A stretch of 56,736 nucleotides of DNA, filler included, from Sphacelaria rigidula (Eukaryota): assembly GCA_964200075.2 (NCBI GenBank). It is 6 parts of 6 records of this genome, joined end to end, with 100 filler letters (N's around TTAATTAATTAA, not from the genome) between each part and the next. Parts side by side here need not be neighbours in the genome. Positions count along the whole stretch, not along the records: positions 9,474 to 18,846 come from CAXNAA020008646.1; positions 18,947 to 28,319 come from CAXNAA020008647.1; 4 more parts are not named here. The stretch is one strand, 5' to 3'. The notes below the pieces were generated by a model. It did no database searches. It saw nothing but the letters and a program-made list of their open reading frames with translations, and was not told where the DNA came from. A program made the translations under genes and the position numbers. Numbering within the stretch: the first letter of the stretch is position 1; each line of letters opens with the position of its first letter. Positions 13,044 through 25,836 of the stretch are shown here, piece by piece.

Positions 13044-15049
13044 GTGTGTTTCGTGGTCGTCCTTTCATGTGTGGGTGTGTGTGTTCGTCTGTGGTCCTGT
13101 ACCCGAGTGACTACGCCTTTTCCGAAAGTCAACCCTTTGACCGCGAGGGTAGGTCACAACCTGAATCGGCATCAATATTAACTTGAACAAAGTGTAGATG
13201 ATCCAAATGGACTACCCGCACCGTAGTCCACGGGTAAAGTCTTTGACAAACACTGGTGCGGCCAGTACTGGCTGTAGTCGTCATAAACTGAAACCCGTGG
13301 CATTTTGATCGGTTTGTACTGTATCTCGTCGCGAATGCACGCATTGCTGGGTAACGGAGCTGATAAGGTTGATGATCTCATTCGTCGACGCTGCGCACCT
13401 GAAGGCGTCATGATTGAATTCTCAGTACTGGAAGGGTTTTCGGCACATAAACAACACCACCAGTTGTGAAGGTTCGCGTTCCTCATACCAATCTCGGTAA
13501 AACTTTTAAGGGAACCATGAGCCTTGCTGCTTCTTTCACCGAGATGGTCTGATATGATATATGTGGTCGCACTCTCTAATGTTTTATTCCGCGAGTTCCC
13601 TTGAAAAGTTGACCGTTTTACACATCTCCTCGATCCTTCGTTGTACCTTGGTTGTACCGCTGGACCGACTGCGGATGTTCAAGCTGGCAAAACGTAGCAC
13701 TCTTTGATCGTTTACCGAAGGCCTCCTTTACGGTATGCCTCACAGCAGCTAGAACGTGAAGAAAATGAGGACCCCATGACCACCTGGGTGGTGCATGGGT
13801 CAAATCGCCGTTTTATTACGCTTGAAGTAGGAATTATGTTGATTCAATCAACATCCTCGTGGTAAAAAAGTTCACCTACAGCCTTCTGTTCCGATAATCT
13901 GGTAAGACAGTCCCGCTGCTTTTGGAAAACGAAGGTATTCATTTGATGTAGATGGCCCTTACAGACCAAGACTGTCGAGCCTCGTTTTTCATGTTTTCTT
14001 TTGATCTATGGAGTTGCTAAGCGGGAATGTGGGATACATTCTTCAAAATGTGTCACCATGAGCTCCCGCTTGGACAACGGTGGTTTTCGAGGAGAAGCCC
14101 ATCACTGCGTTGCGTTGCTTTGCTCGTGTTCATGTAAGCTTGTATTCCTCGTGCTGCCTGGTTTCTCGGTGGGAGATTTCTCTTGCGAACTTCGGACATG
14201 AAATCGAAATACCTAACCACACCCAAACACGTGGCTGACAGCGCGCACACTAACAGCGACATAATCCCTTGGGAGCGAGGGTAGTCCATCTGGATCGTAC
14301 TTTTTTTCCCCAACTGACCCTGAACCCGATTCATCAGATGACGTATTTTAATACCGCATGCATGAACAAACAACTCCTTTCGGCGTTACTACAAATGACG
14401 TTCTGAGACCGCAACCGCCGCGCAATGTCAATATATTCGCCGGGCGGCATACACGTGGCAACGGCCTTTTTTTATCACTCTATGTACGCGTTGATGTCTC
14501 GCCATCAAATACAATTATTCTGAACCACGGTGAGTGAAAACAGTGCAGCCTACTGGCTTATGGCGCTCAAGCTGTCAACCCTTCGACCGCAAGGAGCTTG
14601 GAATCTTCACGGTTGGAGCATCTCTATACAAAAATTCAGAGGAGCTACTGCTGTACCGTACCAGTGCATTGCTATACATGACTCAAGTGGGCCAGGGGTT
14701 ACCCTGCGGACGTGATGCCCACTGTCGGAACAAAATCACCGACCAACAGTCCCGATAAAAACTTGACGGGAAGATTTTGGCGGCCTTCGGTGTTGGAATG
14801 GTGAATGATCCCTCGTTCGCACACTGTGGATCATCGGTGCCGGCAAGCTTTTCTTGTTGTCTCAATGAACACATTGCCGAGTCGAAATGCCAGACTATTC
14901 GTCGACTCATTTTCTTGACGGTACATTGATCGATCGTTCCAATGTGAAGCATTCCGTTCGATTTATTGTGTAAATATGCCCATACACCGCACTGCGAATT
15001 GATCCTTGTCAATGACAGCTCTTGCTGCGAATATTTCAAGCTTCCCTCG

Positions 15050-15385
15050 TTAACCCTTAGACCGCGAGCTGAGTCTTCTGTTGAATCGGCATCAATTTCA
15101 AGTAAAGAAAAGTAGCACGATCCCAAACGACTGATTTCGCGGTCCAAGGGTCAACCCTTTGACTGCGAGGATAAGTCACCTGCTGAATCGGCATCAATTT
15201 CACTGAAAAAGGTATGCGTGATCCGGATGGACTGCCCGCATCGCGGTCGAAGGGTTGACCCTTGGACATCGAGACTAGGTCACCTGTTGAATCGGCATTA
15301 ATTTCGAGTGAAGGAAGTATGCATGGTCCAGAAAGACTAATCTCGCGGTCTAAAGGTTAACCTCGGATCGTGAGGGTAGTCCATT
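15050..15385 (+). mobile_element. Tandem array of three ~100-bp piggyBac-like MITEs plus a partial copy
   Basis: CCCTT.GACCGCGAG...CTCGCGGTC.AAGGG units separated by single TTAA/TCAA/TTGA tetramers. Confidence 0.8.
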
Positions 15386-17089
15386 TGCATCATGCATGTA
15401 GTTGCTTCGATAGACCGTGATGCCGATTCAACATGGAGTTGAACGCTCTATAGAGACAGTAGCAGGCGAATTTCCCCTTGCGATCAACCCCAGCACGCAT
15501 CCCGTCGGATGTTGAGTCATGTTTACCAACGCCACCTTTCCAGTGTCCCGGCGTAGCTTGTACTTGACGGATTGCGAAATTAGCGGGCAAGACGTTTCAC
15601 CAGTATAGCTGGCAGTGAGATTGGCACAGTAAAGCGTGGTGTAGTGTGAACTATTGGTTGGTCCTTCTCTTGGTGCAGCTGCTATCTTTGCTGGAGGCAT
15701 GCTGGGTGAATCAACCTGAGAAATACACATGGATGATGTGCTCATCCACAAGTGGAGGCAAGACAAGGACAATAAGTTGAGACCTCGCCCATCTTTTCGA
15801 GGTACGGTATCGCAGGCAGTAGGACGCTAGCGAAGTGGAATATAACGGAGTGCACCGAGAAATATGTGTGCGCGGCAGGTCTTGTTTCCACCCTTGCAGC
15901 TGCGATGTGAAACACGGAACAACGCAACAGCAAACATGAGGTAGAACAAGCAAACTCCTCTCTGATTCACAGAAATGCTCCTTCTTCTGTAACACCAGAG
16001 AACAGGCCATATGACAGAGGAAGGTTCTTCATAGTCCAGCACAAGTTCATACAGGGAAGAATCTGTTCAGGTTCGCGCGGACAGGCCTCGTGAGTTGATG
16101 GGGTCAGTTGGGGGAGGTAACGCGTGTGACGGACGACTAGTAGCCGATGTCCCGATACCGCTGAACTTGTATCCGGGGTAGTCCGTGTTCATTGGATAGC
16201 CAAATGGAAAAATAGACGGGGAGTCCTCTCAGAGCTTCCCAACACGCACCCGAGACTGAAGCGCAATTGTCTTGAACGACTCTTGTAATCAGACAAAATG
16301 GAGCGATATGAACGTCTGTGGTAGGAAAACCCTGTAGTCAGGGAAAAATGAGCGGATTCCGGCCTCTCAGGCCTTTACGACCTTTCCACTTGTGTTCACC
16401 TATGGTGACCAGGGAGGTGTGCCAGGAGAGAAGTAGTGCGAGGGAAACTAATGAAACGAGGAGACATCGGGACAGGAATACAAGAATTATACAATCGATT
16501 GATGTAAGGAACAAAAACGCGTACTCGTACCTCGTGATGGTGGTGGAAATGTTTTTTGTCTGACAGGATCGATAGAGGCATGCTTCTCGCCAGACCAGAG
16601 ATCGACCCTTTCCACGCTAGGGCGGGTCAGCCGTCGCAAGGGTCTGGAAGTCGGTGTCACTTACATGAAAATAGAAGTGAGACGGGACAGGGGAAGGTAA
16701 AATCCATGTAAAAACACGAGAGACCAACAAAAAAAGGAAGAAGTGACGAGGATGTTACGGGCCGGGTACAGGTGGTGGAGACGAGACAAAATCTCACGAA
16801 TCGTAACCCGTTGCTGTCGGCCGGCCAGCTAATTTTGCCTCGTCACTATTTGCTCTTCCAACGCGTCATGAAAGCAGACGACAATGTACTTGATTGGCGC
16901 ATCTCGTACCTGTGCTCTATTGACTCATCAAATTCCACAAAGTGGCGACTCTACTAACGGTTGAATCATCATTACCAATCAATCTTGGACCGCGTCGTTT
17001 CCAATCAAGTAGAGTATATTCGAGACGCCTTCCCCTTCCCCGCATTCTTGACATGCATATCCATGATCATCGTATCGCCTCTTGTGCAG

Positions 17090-17302
17090 GCCGCGCACGC
17101 GGACAAGAAAATAGTACAGCTTAGCTGTTACGTTGCGGAGCGCATGCTTCAAGAGGTGACGATGCTGGACTTTCTCCCGAGCGTGGTGGCCTGCTGTGCC
17201 ATCTACGTGGCGCGCAAAAACATGGGGCGCAATTCGTGGAGCCCCACGTTGGAAAAGTACACGAAGTACCACGTCGAGGACCTATTGCCCTGTCTAACCG
17301 AG
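17090..17302 (+). CDS. CYCB: B-type cyclin, exon 3
   Basis: AG/GT bounded, 71 codons: AAHADKKIVQLSCYVAERMLQE...FLPSVVACCAIYVARK...WSPTLEKYTKY (cyclin C-domain). Confidence 0.95.
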
Positions 17303-18000
17303 GTGGGCAACATTGGCATATCCGAATGGATGAAGACACGTACTACGGTGTCAATCTCGAGTGGTTTTGCCCAGTGAACCAAAAGCGTGTAGGAACATCG
17401 GGGCTTTTTTTAGTTTTGGAATGTAGGAGGTCAACAGGTGATTGGAAGATGACCGTGTTTCATTCCTTGCGATGTTGGCGGCCGAACACGAAACACGATG
17501 AGGGATGCCGCAGACTGTTGTTCCGTGCCTGCTTGATTTTACTTCGTTCTCTCTTGATTTCTTTTTCGAGACCTGTGTCACTTGTACACTTTTTTAGTCA
17601 AGGTACACGGAATTGTGCCGGGTAAGTGAAACGCCGCATGTTGTAAATACAAGCTGGGACAGATGACCTTTTTGTGGAGAAACACGTGGATATCCCGGGC
17701 TTGTCTCTTGGATTCGCAGCATCATGGATGATTCAACGTGTTGTCAGGCTTGGATGTCCCATCAGCAGTGTTGCTGCAATGAAATGTAGAGCTCAAACCT
17801 CCGATGTTCCACCATAATGAGTTTCCTCTCTTCTGCGCGAGCCGTGACGCGGCTTGGTGAAATTGGTTGGGTCTACTCATTTTCATCACGTGAGATGTTA
17901 CTCCTCCCTAGCACCGTACATTCTCTATTCCACGTACGCACGCCTCTGATGTACTCGTGTGCATACATACGTGGGTCTACCTTTTGTGACAAACACGCAG

Positions 18001-18117
18001 ATTTCGCGGCTGCTTGCGAGTGAAGTGGGTGAGCTAGAGGCTGTCAAAAAGAAATTCAGCAGCAACAAATTTGGAGCTGTGGCAACCATGGATGTCAAGG
18101 TCCTCCCCGATGCATGA
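18001..18117 (+). CDS. CYCB: B-type cyclin, exon 4 (terminal)
   Basis: CAG acceptor ends at 18000. ISRLLASEVGELEAVKKKFSSNKFGAVATMDVKVLPDA*, containing the typical cyclin tail AVxKKFSSxKFG. Confidence 0.9.
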   Translation: MSRLLASEVGELEAVKKKFSSNKFGAVATMDVKVLPDA

Positions 18118-18946
18118 TGAAAGTGCACGATTTGCCGCCACCTACGTACGTACCCGCGCGACACGATGGGGAAGCAAGGGGAAAAGGGCAACAGCAAGCC
18201 ACTATCTGCACGACGCTTGGCTCTTTCTGGGATGAGTCGGGTTGCGTGTCCCGATCGGTGGGCTGTTGTGGCTCTCCCTCGAAAAAGAGAGCACATTCCC
18301 CGCACGACCCGACCATCTTGCACTCGGTCCGATCTTCGCCCGCTAAGGTAATACCGGCAACTTACCTTCAAATTTCCGGTGTTGCTTTTGGTTCTGTCCC
18401 TCACGTTTGTTTCACTCAATTTTTTTGTCTTTGGTACTCCCCTTGGTTCTCTTGTTTTTGTTACTGTTTTCTTTTCTCTGTCTGCGTCTCCGGCTCTGAC
18501 GGATCTTATTCCGTTATCTTTATCCTTCAGATTGATTGGGTGTGGTGGTTCTGGTTCTGTACGTTTTCGTGTGTCTTGTTCCACGTGAAGACGCGGACGG
18601 CTATTATTCTTTGCCGTCGCGCGTTTTCGGGGGGATATCGGATCATGTACTCTCGCCTGCATTGGGTTTGACGTCCATCCAATATTTCCAAGCGTCGTCT
18701 GAAGTGAATCGGTGTTTTTGTAAAACGGTATCACTTCGAGACGGAACGAGCAGGGTGAGGAAGGGAGGGGAGTCGGGGGGGGGGGGGGGGGGAAGGGGGG
18801 GTTCTTGGTTTTCAAACGTGGTGAAATTCGGTGAACGGGGGAAGGGNNNNNNNNNNNNNNNNNNNNNNNNNNNNNNNNNNNNNNNNNNNNTTAATTAATT
18901 AANNNNNNNNNNNNNNNNNNNNNNNNNNNNNNNNNNNNNNNNNNNN

Positions 18947-19399
18947 AAACTGTATTACTCGTCGTTTTCGAGCATCCAGGTATTTTCTTAGCTGCTACCA
19001 TCTGTACTGTTTCCAACCTCTCCACCAACTTCCCGTTCCCCTCCCATATTTCTACTGCATATTCCAGCTTTGGTACGTTCACGTTCATCAGGATACATGT
19101 CTTAATCCTAGTGTCTAGGTGCGGGTCTCTGAGGACGACGTCCAACTTGCCTATCTGTGACTTACCCTTTTCTTTTACTTTGTTAATGTGCGCATCTCAA
19201 GAACAGTTTCTTGAGATCTCCACGCCAAGGTATGTATACTGGTCTACATACCTTGGCGTGGAGAGCTAAAGACACTGTTCTTGGAATGCACTCATAAACA
19301 AAGTAATAGAAAAAAGGGTAAGGCACAGCTAGGCAGGCTGGACGTAGTCCTCAGAGACCCGCACCTAGACACTAGAATTAAGATATGCATCCTGACGAA
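18947..19399 (-). mobile_element. Decayed LINE fragment with a fold-back duplication
   Basis: LRDPHLDTRIK...PKLEYA.EIWEGN.KLVERLETVQM.AAKKI.GCS peptide. Segment 19084-19399 forms an inverted repeat. Confidence 0.8.
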
Positions 19400-19730
19400 G
19401 GGATGGGGATGGGGGGGAGGTACCCATTCGTTGCTTGCCTTAGTCATTTGACCATTGACCACGCATTTCTTTCGAGACAGAGCAGAGTGGGGGGCGGGGG
19501 CATGGGCGGAGGCGGGGCGGCTACCCATTCGTTGCTTGCCTTTGTCGTTTGACCGTTGACCACGCATTTCTTTCGAGACAGAGCAGAGTAGGGGGCGGGG
19601 GCGGGGGCGGGGGGGTACCCATTTGTTGCTTGCCGTTGTCGTTGGACCATTGACCACGCATCCTTTTCGAGACGGAATATTTACTCATGACCTTGCATGC
19701 CATAGTTATAAGACCATTGATCTCGCAGTG
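19400..19730 (-). repeat. Tandem cluster of a short C-tailed interspersed repeat (3 type-A copies and 1 type-B copy)
   Basis: Core gtac.cattyGTTGCTTGCC...TTTGACCATTGACCACGCAT. Other copies at 1-90, 1110-1165, 5508-5560, 8395-8610, 28430-28514, 31985-32060, 37893-37950, 39085-39180, 43150-43220, 45010-45062, 50112-50138 and 51612-51712. Confidence 0.85.
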
Positions 19731-19883
19731 GGGAGGGGAGCATACACGCCGAAATACCTCACAGCCCAGACACTACGTTGTACCGGCTAGCGGCGGGAGG
19801 GTTGGTCTCATAAGATATCAACCGCATTACAAGTTAATACTTATCTGTGGTGTATGTGTTTTCAACGTTTCAACGAAAGTTAC

Positions 19884-19920
19884 CTGGATCCAAAGAGCCG
19901 CCAGCCAGCGTCGCTTGTGC
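19884..19920 (-). CDS. IQ repeat protein, internal exon e (37 nt)
   Basis: CAG/GTAA bounded. Phase-2 start fits exon d. (E)HKRRWLAALWIQ ends on an IQ. Confidence 0.7.
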
Positions 19921-22060
19921 CTGTTTCGACGTGAGCGAGTTTTGGCAGTCGCACGGCATCAATCAGACAGGTCATCAGACAAATCCGACGTCGAGGGCAG
20001 AACAGGAGGAGGACGCATACATGGGACAATCGATTCGATTGCAATGAGCTTCGTTGTCACACCACGACGTGGTTGTCTTAGAGAGCATATGCACCATTTA
20101 AGGATCATTTCCTCCGCGGGTGAAAGTTCCTGGGTGAATACCTTGAGTACATACGCATGTCTATTCTCGCGAGTATGACCAGCTTCGTAGCATTATGCTA
20201 CAAAAAAGCAATTGAGGGTGCGTGCTAGACCCCCTACCCTGAACGACATCCAAGGGTGATAAGTGTCCGGGATGTAAATGATCATCACCCCCAGGGCTAT
20301 AGTACCGTGTTACACGCGCTATTGTTGCCTCCCCCGAGAAGTTACAGACCCTTCCTACTTCGGAGATGATAAACACCAATGTTAACGAAGGGGTATCTAA
20401 GTAGGGAAACACGCTCACAGCAAAATGAACTCTAGGGATACATGAAAAAGGAAAAATAAGTACAGAAGCGTGCCTCGGAAAATTATCGCTCGATTCGTAG
20501 GGTATATATTGCACGCCAATATTCTTGCGTGACCATCATTTGCGGGATGTCTGTAGTATACAGTTTACAGTAGGCACGGTGATCGTGCTTATTCGCTTTG
20601 CCACAATTCGTTGAAGACGTCTCATGGCCAATCAACTGGGTGCTCATCTACGTGAAAATATGTATCAATACTGCTCGGTGCAATCGCAAACGCTCTTATT
20701 CACCACGCCATTCTTTCACCCATGAAGCCGCGCGTGCTTCGGCCATTGACGTACAGCGATCGCATAACACACACATGTACACACACATACATCTGCAACT
20801 TTCTCCGTCAAATAGAAACTGCTCCGGCTAGGGCCTAAAAATGAACAAGAAACAAAACAAACGTGAGGCAGCAGGGCATATTCCCTCTATCCACCAACAA
20901 CAAAATCTCACACGGAAACACTCTTCGCGTTTCAGTCGATCACGTACGAGGAATGACCCTGAAACACGCATTGTATGTACTTGTAAAGAGTGAGAGTTTC
21001 GAAATCTTGGTGAAGATGGAATGATGACGTGTTTTACGAATCCCTACCCCTGCAATGGCGCACCGTCCGATAGGTTGGTGCCGTATATTGCTGTCTCGGC
21101 TTTTGCTGTGGGTACAGCACTGTAAAAAATTTGGAGTGCACACCCCGCTCCATCAAGATACTGGGAGGAGTATTTTTCCAAGTTTGTGTTTTGTACGGTA
21201 GACCGACTGAAATTCAAGTATTTGAAGAAAACAAATTCAGGTATATACAGAAGTATAAAAGAGGCGTTTCATAGGTGAATGCTCTTCTGAACCATACCGG
21301 AGTGTTATATATACATTCCGGCATGGCCTAGTATGACCACCAAAAATCCCGCATTGTCGGGTATACCCTACTAATAACACGCCCTGTACACTAGATTATA
21401 TTGTCAAGAAGTGTGCTGCGTGCAGTATGGAATCTATTGCCCGTCGTGATACGCGCAAAAGTCGATACTGTATGCAGTACACGTTTTGACTGTGCACTCT
21501 CTTGTCCAGGGTACACCCTATCAATACAGAACACAACATTGTTTTTTTCCGCCGAAGGTGTCATGTTTTTTTATGTTGTCCGTATATTTCTTGTGCGATT
21601 TTTCATCTGCGACCGCGAATCTGAATGCCAGGCTAATATTGACGGGGAAGAAAAAACATAACCACAATCTCAACATATCCAAACATATATACCCCAAAAA
21701 AAGCGTGGCTATAATAGATGAGCGGCAATCTGTTTCCATTCCATTTTTTTATTCTCTTATGGGTATGATGAGTGAAGGTGATTTTTAGCAAGGCCTTTTC
21801 CACCTGAAGAAGCCATGTCGCAGAGGTCGACCGACCATTTCTTCTATATATATATATTTTTTGTTCTTCTCTTTTTCATTTAGTCTGTTCTGTTTTTTTC
21901 TATTCTACCGCTCGGTTTTTCTTCACTCTTCTTCATCGAGGCTATCCTTCTTATTCATCTCGGGTACTTCTACCTTATGACTAAGGCTGGATCCCTGGAA
22001 AATGACTGGATGTGGGAAAACCAATCAATATACACATATAATAACATGTTCGTGGGATAT

Positions 22061-22415
22061 GGAACGGATTTTTTTTTCGGAACAGGAGGTTTTCCGCGTT
22101 TTACATCAATACGGTCAAGTCGTCCGAAATGGCCTTCACCCCCCTGAAAACTCGTGATCAGACGGGAATTTCGGCATAATCAGATATGAAATCGATGACG
22201 CCCTCCATGAGATACGACCGAAAAGATGCGAGACTTTTTATTTTGTTTTATTTGGACACATTTTTTCTCATACCTCTGCACTGAACGCGTTGAATTTATT
22301 TTGTTTTGCACCAAAATTTGTGTCAGCTCACGGGCTTGACGGTCGCTTCGGGCGATTCGACCGTCTCCCTGTAAATCACGAGAAAACTCCCGCTCCGAAA
22401 TCAAAATCCGTTCCT
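22061..22415. mobile_element. Degenerate long-TIR MITE
   Basis: ggaacggatttt..ttcgga..gga..ttttc at the left end pairs with gaaaactccc..tccgaaatcaaaatccgttcc at the right end. Confidence 0.55.
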
Positions 22416-22879
22416 AACCTAACGATGATTTCTCTGCTGTTATGAACACATGCATACATATCTACGACATCACATCCACACACAACAAATGATATAAACA
22501 GCGTTTTCATGATATTGAGAGTGAGAACCCTGATTTAGAGTGGCTTTGATCATTCGTTTCAACTTAGCCAATTTTCTTACGTGTGTGCTTTTCTTTGCCT
22601 CTCATCACTGGCGTGTGCTTATACAGCTACGCGTCGATATCCTACTCAGGGATATCAAGGGCCTCAGTGGCAAGCTACTACAGAAAGCATATCGGGCCGC
22701 GCGGAGGGGCATTCCGGAACTGAAACGATTCATTCACTATAATTGAACGCTTTTCACTCTCAATCGTAACCTCTAGAACGCTTTTCACTCTCAATCGTAA
22801 CCTCTGCTCTCATTCTCTCGAAACCATTGTTCATAGTAAAAACAACTTCGTCACTGTCTGTATTGCAGCAACCACTCAC

Positions 22880-23016
22880 TCGGCCAGATCCCTCCGCTTG
22901 GTGTATCCCCTCCACTGACTCTGTATGAGCACCACTGCTGGGACCACGGTGAGCAGAAAGTATCGCTGTGCTCGCCGGGCCTTCACGAGCTCTCTGTCAA
23001 TATATCCGCGCCCGAC
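22880..23016 (-). CDS. IQ repeat protein, internal exon d
   Basis: TAG/GTGAGT bounded: VGRGYIDRELVKARRAQRYFLLTVVPAVVLIQSQWRGYTKRRDLA, ends in phase 2. Confidence 0.82.
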
Positions 23017-24960
23017 CTATCAAGATAACCGCGGGTAGTAGTAAACGTGTACAAGATTTGAGGCCCACTAATTTCTTTTTCTTCTTTTTTCTTTTTTTTT
23101 TCTTCTTTTTTTCTTTTTTTCTTGCTCTTCGTCGGCTACTCTTATGTTCTGGTATGACTTTTCTGGGTTTTTTTTTTAATTTCTTCTTCAGCGAGTTCTT
23201 CGATTTTTTTTCGCCCCGCGTACGTGTATCGTGTGACCATGACTGGATCTCTGGGGGGTCAGTTGAAGCGCGACAACCAATCACATCAGTCAAATCAATC
23301 AAGATGCGGGAGTCCGCGTATGTATACTTTTGTGCGGCATTATTACCCAGTCACCCCGCAAAACAGGTCAGCTGACCAACCTGACACATACTAAGCATGC
23401 AAGCAAGCACACTCGCAAGATAGAAGTGCATTTTTTCAAGGGGCCGAAGTCCAAATATGCAACATTCGGGTATATTCAAAACGCCATTAAAAAAGCATAC
23501 TTTTCTTTGAGGGTGCGGCATAGTCACATCAAAGTTTCTACGGTTCGGGCGAATCATCGCCGGTTGGAATCGCCAAACCCACGATTTTTCAGGCCTGATT
23601 GCTCGAAAGAGAAAAAAAAGAGTTGGCCGCTGACGAAAAAGGTCTGCACGCAATTTTTGCGCCATTCCACGTACCTGGGCTGCGCGTACCTGGGTTGCAA
23701 CGCTGAAAACAAAGCCCAAGGATTGATTCGTACGGTACGAATCAATTGCGCTAAAATCACGTAATTTCCAGACGAATCGTTAATTCGTCCGACCCGTGAA
23801 ATTTTCTTTAAAACACGAGCGGAAATTGCTGGATTCAGCTTAGCACATCCAGAATCGTGTCCTAAACCAAGTGCGATCCGGTAACCCCGATCCTAGGAGG
23901 GGCACACTCGCCTACCAGGTGCTGAAAGGCCTCGATTCAGGATATCTTGATATCTGGCCTCGAAACGAGTTGCATAAGGACATGGCATTGCTTCCCAAGT
24001 GAGCAAAGCGTGGAGGTCGGCTAAACTGGGTGGTCACTCTCGTTTTCCTTCTGAGAAGAACTTCAAGTCATAAAAGAAGACAGTGCATTGCGCATCCGGA
24101 GTCATTTCGCAAACACGAACCCACTTGATATATGCCTGCCCTACATCGCAACCTAAAGTAAACGCGGCACATAGAGGGAATTTATAGTGGGGGTACGTCA
24201 GTCAATATATTCGTGACCATCGAGTGCTTATTATTGACATCCTGCTGTTTTTATATTTTATTTTTTTCCTTCCTTACTTTAAAAAAAATTATATTCTCCA
24301 CGAGGAAAAGCAATACTTCGAAGTATGTTTGATGCGCGATGGTGATGATGGACAGGGTGTTTCTGTGCGGTACACACTGAACCAGTGTATAGTCGATTGG
24401 TACTACCATGTATACATATATATATATATATATAACTTGTTCTGTCCCAGATATGTATATAGTATTCGGTTGTTTCGAATGGACGGAACGAAAATCATAA
24501 GTGAGGACAAGTACATGTACCCCATCCCGGGTGGACCAAAGTCGGAATTCAGTACGAAACTAGCCAGATCTAAACAGTCAACACATGAGGTCTCAACGAG
24601 CCTCCTTTCATTTTCCTGCTGTTGTATCACTACTTTTTTGATTGATTGATTGTCGCACTTTAACTGACCCCCCAGGTAGTCATGATCCAGTCGTGGTCTC
24701 ATGATAGACGTACGTACCCAACAAACACGAAACTGAAACACGCTCTGAAGAAAAGAAGGGACAGAAAGGGGGGGAAAAGTCGAACAGAACGACATAGCAG
24801 ACAAAGTCGTAACTACTGCTACGCATATTTCGTCTCCTTCCGACGTGATTACGTCCCGCTGTACTGACGGCGAGGCTTCAAAATCAGCGAACGTATCTCG
24901 CACATGCCGTCACGATTTCGGGTCTCGACAATACGGTATCCCCCACAGCTAAGGGCTCAC

Positions 24961-25050
24961 CGCCGCCATTCTGGTCGCCATTGCGTGCTCCAGCCGACAT
25001 CGCAGCACCCTTTCCCACCATCTTCTGCGGATGAATCCTCTTATGTGGCG
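24961..25050 (-). CDS. IQ repeat protein, internal exon c
   Basis: CAG/GTGAG bounded: RHIRGFIRRRWWERVLRCRLEHAMATRMAA (spliced motif IQ|RHIRGFIRR). Confidence 0.82.
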
Positions 25051-25476
25051 CTGTGGGTAGCCGTTGGAGCAGATAGCAGCACACCAAACGAGCAAGCATA
25101 TGCTCGATGAGCATTTAGGATGAGCTACGATGACTACTGGACCGATATTTGGTTGATTGATTGTTCTAATTGACTGATTGATACGAGGTAGTTAGCTGAT
25201 CCCCGAGGGGGAATCCAGCCAAGGTCACAAGATCGACGCTGAAGAGACATGCCCTCAGCAGAACTGGACAGACGAAGCCACCGGGGGGCTGACTACGAGC
25301 AGTTCTGTTACACAATAGGCATTCGTTATGTGACGGGAATGTTTCGTCCTGTGTCCTCTGCTGTAGCAAAAACCAGCACAAACCAAAACCAAAACAAGAG
25401 AAGCAGAAAAGGAAAGGAAAGGAAAGGAAAGGAAATAATTAGAAAAGAGTAAGAATTAAAATGCAAGGAGAAGGAG

Positions 25477-25556
25477 AAGAAGAACAACAAGAACAACAAG
25501 AGCAACAAGAGCAACAAGAGCAACAAGAGCAACAAGAGCAACAAGAGCAACAAGAA
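25477..25556 (+). repeat. (AGCAACAAG)n minisatellite
   Basis: Directly visible 9-bp tandem repeat. Confidence 0.9.
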
Positions 25557-25728
25557 GGAGGAGGAGCAGGAAGAGGACTAGAATTATCCTAAAATTGGCC
25601 GGCCCCTACAGCCTGGCTTCAGGTGCAAAAATAACTGTGCGCACGGAGCACACGCGGCCATTAAAACATGCTCAAACACGAACTGGCACGTCGAAATTAC
25701 AAAAAATATCATCGACTGGGCGAAATAC

Positions 25729-25836
25729 CTGTATCTCGATCGCTGATGCCTTTCTTAGCCTGAGGTGAGCCGCCTTCATCCTTCCCTTCATCCCACGCCA
25801 GCATTTCGAAATCACCCCGGCGGCCGGCACCATTAC
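25729..25836 (-). CDS. IQ repeat protein, internal exon b
   Basis: AG/GT bounded: VMVPAAGVISKCWRGMKGRMKAAHLRLRKASAIEIQ. Completes an IQ motif with the next exon. Confidence 0.8.

Noticed and set aside
17925-18815. 296-aa minus-strand ORF
   Set aside because: Antisense to cyclin exon 4 and its 3' UTR, low complexity, no domain.
23904-23972. Hammerhead-ribozyme-like arrangement (actcg...ctgaaag gcc...ggcc tc gaaac gagt)
   Set aside because: The CUGANGA core and the NUH cleavage triplet are both broken, and stem I has a 1-nt loop. At best a relic.
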